This document shows positions 1 to 10,760 of a stretch of 64,000 nt of DNA, one piece after another (the stretch's first letter is position 1; every line of letters begins with the position of its first letter). A model generated the notes under the pieces. The model was given only the letters and a program-made list of their open reading frames with translations. It ran no database searches and was not told the origin of the DNA. A program made the translations under genes and the position numbers. This DNA comes from the human T2T-CHM13v2.0 reference genome, Homo sapiens. The stretch is from the NCBI RefSeq assembly GCF_009914755.1, contig NC_060928.1; one strand, written 5' to 3'.

Positions 1-206
1 TTTGGAAGATGCCAGAAAATGACTTCATTATTTTGAATACTGATAAAGAAAAAGACTTAAATGGGAATCATTTCTTTTCTATAGAAATTATGGCTCAGCA
101 CAACTCAACAGACAATGATTTCAGACATTTTAACAGAAAATTTTTTATAGAAATATTCCAACTACAAATGCAAAAGGAATACTAGAATTAGAAAATCACT
201 CTTTTT

Positions 207-510
207 AGCCAGGTTGAATAGCTCATGCTTGTAATTGCAACACTTTGGGAAGCTGAGGTGGGAGGATCACTTGAGGCCAGGAGTCTGAAACCAGCCCTAG
301 CAAAATGTTGAGACCCTGTCTCATTAAAAAAATGAAAAATTAGCTGGGTATGTTGGCACATACCCATAGTCCTAGCTACTTGGGATGCTGAGGTGGGAGA
401 ATCCCTTGGGCCCAGGAGTTCGAGGTTACAGTGAGCTATAACTGTGCCACTACACTCCAGCCTGGGTGACAGAGCAAGACCCTATCTCAAAAAAATAAAT
501 AAATAAAAAG
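207..510 (+). mobile_element. AluJ
   Basis: Dimeric Alu with J-type GGGAGGATCACTTGAGGCCAGGAG and GTGAGCTAT; A-rich tail; TSD core AAATCACTCT on both sides. Confidence 0.92.
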
Positions 511-517
511 GAAATCA

Positions 518-543
<26 letters not shown>
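518..543 (+). repeat. (CT)13 microsatellite
   Basis: Read directly. Confidence 0.95.
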
Positions 544-548
<5 letters not shown>

Positions 549-1313
549 GCAATCTGTAATGAATTAATGGTTCCAATCAATGTTTACTAAAGTCAGATAA
601 AGGAGAGCAAGAGAGAGCAAAAATTAGACATGATGTATCTCCTAACACAAGGTCAAAATTCCCATTATGACATGGGTTTGCCAAAACATGAACTTAGTTT
701 TGACTAAGCCTCTAACTCTTAACTACCAATTAGAAGGAAATACAAGGAACAGGGGAACACATTAAAAGACACCTTTAGGAATGTAACAACAAAATCTGGA
801 ATCTGGGAAACTACAGGATAAATTAACTAATTTCTTCAACAACAGAAAAAAAAGAGAGAGAGAGGCAACCTATAAATTAAAGGAAACGTATACATCTCAA
901 CCAGTTGTAAGACGATGTTTGAATTCTGATTCAAATAAAATAACTGCTAAATATTAAAAACACAATCAGAAAGAGGAAAACACTGGATATCTAGTGATAA
1001 GAAATTGCCATTTATTAGATGCAATAATGCTATTGATTTAATAAAAATTGCTATTTATTAGATGCAATAATGGTATTGTGGTTATGGTAAATAAAGTCCT
1101 AATTCTTACAGATAAATATTGAAATGCCTGCATATGAAATGATATTCTACCTTGGATTGTCTTCAAGATAATCCTGGTGGTAGGGGGAAGTGGGTAGGAA
1201 TAGGTGCCTTATGCTGATCACTGTGGAGGCTAGTTGGGGATAAATTATTTTGTGAAGCTACTCTAAATACTTTTGCATTTGTTTTTATAATTTTCTGTAA
1301 TAAAAAGATTCTA

Positions 1314-1630
1314 GGCTGGGCACAGTAGCTTACACACCTATAATACCAGCACTTTGGGAGGCCGAGGCAGGTGGATCACTTGAGGTCAGGAGTTCGAGAC
1401 CAGCCTGGCCAACATGGTGAAACCTCATCTCTACTAAAAATACAAAAATTAGCTGAGCATGGTGGTGCACACTTGTAATCCCAGCTACTCAGGAGGCTGA
1501 GGCAGGAGAATCACTTGAACCCAGGAGGCAGAGGTTGCAGGGAGCCAAGATCGTGCCACTGCACTCCAGCTTGGGATACAGAGTAAGGGGATACAGAGTA
1601 AGAGGCTCCATCTCAAATAAACAAACAAAA
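1314..1630 (+). mobile_element. AluS (Sx-like) with an internal 15-bp tandem duplication
   Basis: GGCTGGGCAC...GAGGTCAGGAGTTCGAGACCAGCCTGGCCAACATGG; GGGATACAGAGTAAG occurs twice (1573-1587, 1588-1602); TSD ~AAAA(G)ATTCTA. Confidence 0.93.
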
Positions 1631-2890
1631 TTCTAAAATCTAAATTCTGCTCTCTCATTGTATTTAAACTAAATGAAAAAGAAATTGGAAGAAGTTCATT
1701 AAATAATCTTGTTGGTGACAATTTTATAATATGTAATGGAAAGAACAGAAAGAAAAATGAAGAGCTATGAAAAAGTGGATAAATAAGGCTTCACAACTTG
1801 GAAATATGCCATTTTCCTGGTTTTAAAGAGTGTAAAATGACCCTAGGAAGAGCTCTGGCACTTGCCCTTAAGGATGGTTCTCCCAAGGAAACAGAAGGTA
1901 AAGATATTAAATAAAACCCCACATCCTCTTCTGCAAACTTTAATGTACCAAGCAGCAGCTTTTCCTTTTAAATACACTTCTTTTATGAAACCGATCAATT
2001 TTATTTCCATGTATTGAGTATGGTTAGTTTCTAGAAGCTGTAAAGTTTCTGTCAAAACTACTTTACTTTATGACAATCTTAATTATCAATTTCACTCAAG
2101 AATATCTTATTATTAAGGATGTCAGACACCATCCTCTATTACATTTAGTGAATGAACTACTGTGCTTTCTACATTTTCAGTATGAGGGATCTCGCTCACA
2201 TAATCAGGATGATAACATAGGAAAAAGAATATTGTTAATCTCCATATAATAAACATACATTCTAAACAGACTGATGAGCTATACAAATTATCTTTCTCTT
2301 TTTGCCTCCCTACTCCTATCCCACAATTTTCTACAGTAGGCTATTGTGACAGTGACCTATGACACCAGCCACAAGCACCATTTCTTAAAATTTGAGAGCG
2401 ATGAACAGTGAAATTTCTGTCCCAACTCCTCCTAAATTGTCAACTTTCCCACCAACTACACTGACTTAAAATCAGTACGTTGGCATTTGTATTTATTTTG
2501 ATAGTTCAATGAGTTTTTAGCTTAAAGTTTGCCCCTCTCTCCCCAACCAAAATAAAAAACCTAGGACATTCTGATACTGTACACTTTACAAGACAGATTT
2601 GTGATTAAGACTGTTATGCTCATCCACAGCTACCTTACAGGATTATTCATGACACTGAAAGAGGTATTCAGCTATCTCAGAAACTTAAAAAAAAAAATCA
2701 ATGTGAGGAGTGTTATTCTGGAAAAGTATAGCTAAGAGCATTTGTGTGTATATCTTACTAACACTGGGCAGAGAATATTAGCTGTAAAAATAGGATGAAA
2801 AGTTCTCACCAAAATGGAGCAGTATTTCAGCCCCACCAATCACTTTGGGACTATATGCATGTGTAATTCCCAATATCCATTTTAAAAAAA

Positions 2891-3192
2891 TTTTTTGGGG
2901 GGGTGGGAGGGGGCAGGGTCTCGCTCTGTTGCCCAGCATGAAGTGCAGTGGCACAGTCATGGTTCACTGCAGCCTTGACTTCCCAAGCTCAAGTGATCCT
3001 CCCACCTCAGCTTCCAGAGTAGCTGGGACTACAGGCGCAGGCTACCTCGCTCTGCTAATTTTTTCTGTTTCCTGTAGAGATGGGGTCTCACTATGTTGCC
3101 TAAGCTAGTCTTGAACTCCTGGGCTCAAGCAACTCTTCCTCCTCAGCCTCCCGAAGTGTTGGGATTACAGGCATGAGCCACACGACTAGCCC
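2891..3192 (-). mobile_element. AluJ
   Basis: Reverse Alu with J-type CTCAAGTGATCCTCCCACCTCAGC and CTCACTATGTTGCC; TSD ~CCATTT(T)AAAA. Confidence 0.92.
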
Positions 3193-3996
3193 ATTTAAAA
3201 TTTAATAAGTGCTTCAAAAAGTTTTTTTTAAACTTAGTTTAGTGTAAATCATAATGACAAATTCAGTATCCACCATAAGTTCCAATGAAGCAATTTAGAC
3301 AAAAAGTAATATTAAAGAAAACTAGGTAGTTACTGAGAACACCTTTTTTTACCCTGTCTCCACAAAATGCCTAAGGGAAAATTATTTTCTAGGAAAAAAT
3401 ATATTCTAGGTTTCTAAATGGACTTCTCATTGAAGGTCCTCAGGAGTTATTTTCCACAAAATCTGTATTTACAGATTTTATTTTTCCTATTTCAACCTCA
3501 AAGATGACTAGATATTTTGAAGTTTATACCTCAGTGTAACAATTTAGGAGTAATATGTATTATAGATGTTTTGAGCTGTGATATAACATTTTTCATCTAT
3601 TTTTACTGAGAAAAGGAAACTAACCACTTGTCATTTAGTAAGATAATAACATTTTTTTCATCATTGACAAGTGAAAGTTGGAAATGCTGGAGGTGAGGAG
3701 AAGAAAAGCCCAAAGGAAAAAAGAAGAGATGAGGATCAGCTATTGCTCCCCTTTCATCATGTGATTTTACATAAAATAGACGGAGAAATTAGAGATGCCA
3801 GCTCTTATTTAGGTAAACAGCATCTAGAATATTACCGACATCTGTAGAGTCATTCTAACAAATACCAGAACTGATAGCCTTTACACAAAAGAGGACCACC
3901 AACGTGACTACCAAAAGAAACAAAAAATACTGAAAAATAAATCCAAGCTCTTTGTTCTTTTTCTCACTGTGGGCACCTCGTGTATACACAGCTTAC

Positions 3997-4096
3997 CACT
4001 GAACAGAGGATGGGGTGAATGTGTAACAGCATTTTAAAAATTCCATTTAACTTCTAATTCCATGTGATCAACTCTTTCCATTCATTTTCTTTTCAT
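3997..4096 (-). other. Candidate 100-nt exon of a - strand transcript
   Basis: Acceptor ctgataccttttag|ATGAAAAG and donor TTCAGTG|gtaagc; phase-1 reading (D)EKKMNGKS*. Splice-signal evidence only. Confidence 0.4.
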
Positions 4097-4156
4097 CTAA
4101 AAGGTATCAGTGTAAACTTTCTACATACCTTAAAAACCTATTGATGTACATGGCCA

Positions 4157-4760
4157 ATTTTTTTAAATTATACTTTAAGTTTTAGGGTACATGTGCACAA
4201 CGTGCAGGTTTGTTACATATGTATACATGTGCCATGTTGGTGTGCTGCACCCACTAACTCGTCATTTAACATTAGGTATATCTCCTAATGCTATCCCTTC
4301 CGGCTCCCCCCACCCCACAACAGGCCCCGGTGTGTGATGTTCCCCTTCCTGTATCCATGTGTTCTCATTGTTCAATTCCCACCTATGAGTGAGAATATGC
4401 GGTGTTTGGTTTTTTGTCCTTGTGATAGTTTGCTGAGAATGATGGTTTCCAGCTTCATCCATGTCCCTACAAAGGACATGAACTCATCATTTTTTATGGC
4501 TGCATAGTATTCCATGGTATATATGTGCCACATTTTCTTAATCCAGTCTATCATTGCTGGACATTTGGCTTGGTTCCAAGTCTTTGCTATTGTGAATAGT
4601 GCTGCAATAAACATACGTGTGCATGTGTCTTTATAGCAGCATGATTTATAATCCTTTGGGTATATACCTAGTAATGGGATGGCTGGGTCAAATGGTATTT
4701 CTAGTTCTAGATCCTTGAGGAATTGCCACACTGTCTTCCACGATGGTTGAACTAGTTTAC
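4157..4760 (-). mobile_element. 5'-truncated L1PA (PA5-like): 3' UTR and end of ORF2
   Basis: ORF 4372-4770 is the ORF2p C-terminus ([28 protein letters not shown]...HRIFSLIGGN); canonical 3' end TTATACTTTAAGTTTTAGGGTACATGTG; no clear TSD. Confidence 0.95.
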
Positions 4761-4869
4761 CAAAAATCATTAGCTTTAATTTTAGATCTTTCTGTTACCT
4801 TATTAATAACTCCTCTCTCTTTCTCCAATCCTTCATTAAGGTGATTTTTTAAAAAAATAAATTAAAATG

Positions 4870-5106
4870 GTACTCATTATGGTTTTTTATTATTTTTTTA
4901 GCAATAAAGTATTTTAAATAAATTTAAGTACATTTTAGACATGCTATTGCACACTTCTTAGACTATAATATAGTGTAAAAATAATTTTTGCATGCACTTG
5001 GAAACCAAAACATTTGTGTGCCTTGCTTTATTGTGATATCTGCTTTATTGAAATATCTGCTTTATTGTGGTGGTCTGTAACTGAGCCCATTTTACAGATA
5101 TGCCTG
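4870..5106 (+). mobile_element. Tigger2-family (TcMar) 3' end
   Basis: GCAATAAAGTATTTT...GGAAACCAAAA...CTTTATTGTGGTGGTCTG...ATGCCTG followed by TA matches the Tigger2 terminus. Confidence 0.75.
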
Positions 5107-5213
5107 TACAATCAAGTAAAGAAAGAAAACTCCAAAATACTTTATATACACTTTAAAAAACTGGCAAATAATTGTTCCTTTCAAAAAATGAAGATGCCAA
5201 TAAACTCATCTTT

Positions 5214-5659
5214 TTTTCCCTTCTTTCTTTCTTTTGACAGAGACTTGCTCTATCACCCAGGCTTTGCAGTGGCACAATCTCTCCTCACCACAACGTCCTC
5301 CTCCTGGGTTCAAGCTATTCCAGTGCCTCATCTTTCCAAATAGCTGGGATTACAGATGTGCACCATCACACCTGGCTATGTCAAGAGTTATGGTACAACT
5401 GTCTACCCAGAAATCGGAATTTCTCCTTGACTTCTGTGTCACCCCACACAACAAATAAGTTTCCAAAGCCCATCAGTTCTGGAGAATATATATTTCCCTT
5501 TCCTCTTTTCATGTCTACCACCATCTTTGTATTTTTAGTACAGATGGGTTTTTGCCATGTTGGCCAGGTTGGTCTCGAACTCCTGGCCTCAAGTGATCTG
5601 CCCGCCACAGCCTCCTAAAGTGCTGGGATTACAGGTGGCATGAGCCACTGCGCCCGGCC
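5214..5659 (-). mobile_element. Alu (J/old S) with a 148-bp foreign insert in its middle linker
   Basis: Both arms present; TSD TAAACTCATCTTT at 5201-5213 and 5660-5672; insert at 5380-5527. Confidence 0.93.
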
Positions 5660-5689
5660 TAAACTCATCTTTACATTAACAAGCAGCTG

Positions 5690-5950
5690 TTACCTAAAGC
5701 AACTAATGAAATGTGAACTCTCCCCGCTATCCTCTGCTTCAGTGGCTCCCTTTTACGGTTCATGGTTGTCACCAGGTGCTCTGTGCCTGGGGATGTATAT
5801 GTCCAGTTTACCCATCTGAAATGCCCTTAACCCCACACCTAACACTGTTTTTGGACTGTTAATCCCAAAAATGCAGGACTGGCTATCTTGCTCCCTAATG
5901 TCTACATCCACATGTGAGCAGTTCCAGAACCAGTGTTGAAGATGTATTAG
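5690..5950 (-). mobile_element. LTR33-like ERVL LTR fragment
   Basis: GGACTGTTAATCCCAAAAATGCAGG matches the reverse of my recollection of LTR33. Confidence 0.5.
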
Positions 5951-6399
5951 ACACGGAAACAGAGATGATCAGTGATGGCATCCTCACTGACACTCGTACC
6001 CTCACAGAGAAGACAGACACACATATCAGCTTTCTTATTATCTCACATGTCATTGTTTACTTCCTTTAAATCCCTCATTTCCATCTTATAAACTGAAGTG
6101 TGGCCATTCCTTCACACGTTTCTTTTCTCACAAAAATACAAACACCAGGATTGTACGAATTTGTGTTTTCATGCCTCTATATTCAGAACCTAGAGGTCCG
6201 GGATTCTTTGTGTTTCATTCTGTATGGTTTCAGTCTACATCTAGTACAGGAGGGATGTTCAAAAATTAGCATCAAGAGCAAATATGGTTTCTTCTTATAT
6301 TAATACTCCTGAATCACAAGGCTAGAGACAACCAGGTGCTCCCAAAAAGGTACCAAGTCAGTGATTTGTGATCTGTACCCAGCGTTGATCTTCAGCTGG

Positions 6400-8020
6400 T
6401 ATTCACCCAGGAAGCCTCATTTATTCTCTGGAGTGCTTACGTTCTTAGCATCTCCTTGAAACTTCTTTCCTTTTGCTTCCCATAATCCCATTCTGCTATG
6501 TATAGACCCCATTTCCTCTCACTGTCCCTGGAACGTTAGTGTTTCTCAAAGCTCATGTCCTTTACCTTCTTCTCTGTTAGCTGTTTTTCTTGCAGGGGCT
6601 TACCTATTTCTGTGGCTCAAATTAAATATTAATGATTCCCAAATCTGTAGTTTGAGCTCTCATATCACTCCTGATCTCGAGGTCAATATTACCAATTTCA
6701 CATGGGCAAATTCTCCAGACCCCTCAAATGTAAGAAATGAAATGTTCACATTGTTCCTCGTCTCCTCCCCATTTTTCCTGCTCCAACTTTTCCTGCTCCT
6801 CCTTTTCCTGCTCCTCTTCATTCTCTAATTTCAGTCAAGAGTTATGGTGCAATTGTCTACCCAGAAATTGGAGTTTCTCCTTGACTTCTGTGTCACCCCA
6901 CACAACAAATAAGTTTCCAAAGCCCATCAGTTCTGGAGAACATATATTTCCCTTTCCTCTTTCCATGTCTACCACCATCTTAGTCTAGCTCTTCATCTAT
7001 TTTCGTCTGCACTATTGCAATAGCATCCTACTCTGGCTCCATGATTCCAATTCCAACTTCCTGAAATTTTCCTCCAAAGAAGTTCCAGAGTGATCTAAAA
7101 TTCAAAGCTGACAACATTTACCCTTCAAGCATTTTTCATTGTCTACAGGATCAATTCAAAACCCCGTGTGGCACATGAGGCCCTTCAAAATCTTTCTCTG
7201 GCCACTGTTCCAGATTTTTCTCTACCTCCTCCCTGCACATGGAGTCTTTATTCGGCCATAAATTGTGTTTATTTGATGTACTATGTGGTGTTTTCGCAAT
7301 GACTGTTCTTTCTGCAGGAAAGGTCTTCTCTTCCATTTCTCTGTATCCAGCAGGAATTGACAGCTTTACAACAACTGTGAAGGCCAGAATCCAGTCCAGG
7401 AAAATGTGCCCTGGCCTGACCCTATCCCACAGTCATTTCTCAGTTGTTCTTAGCCTCCTCTAGACTGGAAGTGCTAATATATCCTCCTGGCTTCCCATTA
7501 TATGTAGACCTATATCTATGGTGGATTCTTTGCTTTACAAATTCTTCCATTCACAACCCATCATCTCACATCTTATGTCACAACCTGTTTGTTTTTCTGG
7601 CCCAGTGCAAATAAACCAATAATGTGCCCTCACTGTCTTGCATTCGGAATCCTTCCTCTGGAACTTCTCTCAAGGATTCCTCGGACACAGACCAGTGCTT
7701 CTGGTCTAGATATGGCCTCAGACAGTGGATAATGGCTGGACCTTCTGGTAAAATTCATCTCAGCTTTTAAGTCTCAGCTCAAACAGTATACTTCTCTGTG
7801 AAGCTTCCCCTTCCCCTTTCCAGAGTCATTAATTTTTAGGCTTTGGATAAATTTCCATCACACAGCTTTCATTCTGTAATTAATATGTGTTTACTTTTTT
7901 CTCCCATTAGGCTATAGGCTCTTTAAAGGAAGACTGTAGTATTTATGTTATATTCACAATACCAGACAATGTCAGGAATATAGTAGATGCTTAATACATA
8001 ACGATTGAAGGGAAATAAAA
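6400..8020 (+). mobile_element. L2 fragments
   Basis: Degenerate L2 phrases (GATTCCCAAATCTGTA; CACTATTGCAATAGCATCCTA; CTCAGCTCAAA; ATAGTAGATGCTTAATA 3' end). Confidence 0.65.
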
Positions 8021-8189
8021 TGGTAGTTCAATAGCATTTTTCTCCAGTGAATAATCCCTTAAGACTAAAGAAATTCATGTACCAATACATTTGGAGAATC
8101 TCACGTTTAATCTAAGATTAAATCCTAGCTACTCCTTCTAGTTTCTGTTTGCCTGTTTTTCTTAGTCTTGGTTGCTTTATCTTCTTGAT

Positions 8190-8417
8190 TTTATTTGTAT
8201 TAAGTAAATGTTTATTGAGGGAATTAAAAAAAACAGTAAATGAATGACTGAACTGATTTAGTATACAAATTAAATTCCCCTGCTATATGTTCATTTTCCT
8301 ATCAATAAACATGGTTAATAAACTGTTGTTATAGGAGATCTTCGGGATATTTAAATGGGGCGTAAGATTCCTCCCCCACTCAACCACCCAACATTCTGAG
8401 GTGATTTACTTCTTCTC
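8190..8417 (-). other. Candidate terminal exon of the - strand transcript
   Basis: Acceptor ctttcattccatctacttcccag|GAGAAGAAG; AATAAA on the - strand at 8216-8211 and 8195-8190; phase-1 reading GEEVNHLRMLGG*. Confidence 0.35.
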
Positions 8418-9904
8418 CTGGGAAGTAGATGGAATGAAAGACAGTAAAGACAGTCTATTTTTCTTAAAGTAAATAAAGGCACATGTGTCCTTCCCAAGCT
8501 AATGCTTGTCTGACCATAATAAATATGGTGGATTATGGAATGAAAATTTTTTTTACCCCAAATTCCTCTTTGGTTAAGAATTATGTTTATTTGCTTTTTA
8601 AAATATATGATTTTATAAAATATTAGAAAAAAAAAGTTTCTATTCTGCCATGGCATCTATTAAAAAGCAGATTTCATTTTTTATTTTTTCAATATATCTC
8701 CTCAGTTTATATTAAATGTTCAAGTAAAACTAATATGCACATATTTCCTTATTAAGGAAACTTATCCTCAAAAAAGAAAGAAAAATGATAGTAGTCCCAA
8801 AGAAAGTAAATTTTATGTTTAAGACAACCTGAAAAATTTGTATAATTACAGAGCAAAGTGAACAAGTATATAATATAAACTACTTCATCATATTTCCACA
8901 AAGCTTTTCCTATTTCTTTGTGCAGCATTCTTTCTGTTCTTATCCCAGATCTCTCAGAGGTAAAACCTTGCCAAGAATGAAAAAGTCTGTTGAACCCTGT
9001 AGTAGTTATATAAAATTGGCAAACGTCCATAAAGACTTTCAGAAGGACCACCAAATTCAGCTGAGCTTTCAACTAAAGACCCCTGAACAGTCAAGTTTAA
9101 CTCTGATTGATAAGGGGGAAACCAAAGAACTGAATCAGCAGCGGTGGCAGTACATAGGTTTAGTTCTTCAATTTCTTTGATAAGTGGAGAATAGGAAAGG
9201 CTTCTACACCGGAGAGAGGAAAAACAAACAACTGTTTTAGTAGCACTGGGGCAAATGTGAATAATCTCTTCTTCTGATGTATTTCCCTGATCTCTTTGGG
9301 AAAAAAATGTCTCTCAACAGCACAGGAAGAAAACTGGTTCTTTAACCCCCTGATGACAGAAACAAATTGTTTTGCAGCTCTGGGAAGAGATTTGTCACCA
9401 ATGTGCAAACCAGACCCTGTATCCTGGACATTGTGCAGAGCTGCAATATCACATTTTTAGGGAATTCCAAAGTGATCCTCTAATAACACAAGAGAATTTT
9501 TAACACAAAGTTCTGTCTTGATGGCTTAACATATATGGATTTTGTGTGTGTGTGATCTCAAATGTAATTTTGTTTTTAGTTTAAATATTATTACATTTGC
9601 TCTAATTCTCATGTGTCCATTTTGATATTTTTATCTCAATATAGTTTTTCAAAATGTTAATTCTGTTGTTAATGTTAAAATGTTAATGGATACATTTAAC
9701 ATCAAACATATTTAAAACTAAATAGCTGTTTATGGTAAATTGGGCAATAAAGAAAGCTTGCTGACTGAACTAACCATTCTATGAATCACTCCAGTGATGC
9801 TATTTCCATAAAAGAGACTGTCCTTATGGTAACCCTTCATAAGCATTTCATGAGCACTACATATTTTCGTAAGCATTTCCATACGCAGCTGAAGAAAGGC
9901 AACA

Positions 9905-10140
9905 TATGTAGTACAAAAAGCATGAGCTCTAAATAACAGATAGACTTAGAATACAAATCCTAGCTCTACCACTGAGCAGATATGAAATTAACTAAGTAAC
10001 TTAGCATCCCCAAGTGTCCAGTTCCTCAATTATATAATGAAGATGAAAAAACAAATCTTAAAGAATCACCATAAGCGCTAAATGAGAAAATATATTAAGC
10101 ACCTAGCTGAAGGTCTTGCATGTAATAAGATGACCAATAA
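9905..10140 (+). mobile_element. MIR
   Basis: AATCCTAGCTCTACCACT...AAGTAACTTAGC...CAGTTCCTCA MIR core. Confidence 0.7.
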
Positions 10141-10369
10141 TTGCCAATGTCCATTATCATCAAAAAATAAAAACAACCACAATGATAATAGTTCTTGAAC
10201 AAGATACAAAGATATTAAGAAGTGAAACATCCTTCCCACAGGATTTGTGAGTAGTTCTGTATAAGGATAAACTCTGCATACATCATCCAAGAACAACAGA
10301 AAATCTAGAATGAACACTCAATTAATTATTTACAAGTAATATTCCATCAGTTCATTAAATGATAATTAA

Positions 10370-10760
10370 CCTTTAATTATGTGCTGGCAATATCGACATA
10401 GTTCAATATTGGCATAGTTCCTGAGATCAACAGGATTACAATTTAGGACAGGGGTTTACACAACTGTATACTTGCAAAGACAGATGACTATGAGTAAGTA
10501 TGAATGTAGGTGGACATTCAATCCAGACTTGAGGGAGATGACAGAATCAAAAAGAGCCTTCTCAAAGGATCTGACATCAGAGCTGAGCTTTGAAACATCA
10601 GGAGTCATCCAGGTGCAAAAAGTGATGTAGAATGGAGTTGAGAGGTGGAATGTGCCATGTAGGACCAGGGAGCTGCATGTGAAAGTCATGAAGACGTAAG
10701 AAAGCCCTGTGCATCCTGGGAATTACAAATACTTCAGGAAGGCTGGAGCATAGGATGCAA
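10370..10760 (-). mobile_element. L2 fragment
   Basis: GACATCAGAGCTGAGCTTTGAA...AGGCTGGAGCATAG, typical of antisense L2. Confidence 0.55.

Larger units (their letters stand above)
30..1310 (+). mobile_element. Ancient L1 (L1MC/L1ME-type) 3' UTR fragments, split by an AluJ
   Basis: Degenerate L1M 3'-UTR phrases (TACTAGAATTAGAAAATCAC; ATAATGGTATTGTGGTTATG; GATAAATATTGAAAT; TTTTCTGTAATAAAA end). Boundaries approximate. Confidence 0.55.

Noticed and set aside
5358-6988. Similar ORFs (QELWYNCLPRN / QELWCNCLPRN) as paralogous genes
   Set aside because: The similarity comes entirely from the 148-bp duplicated non-coding segment.
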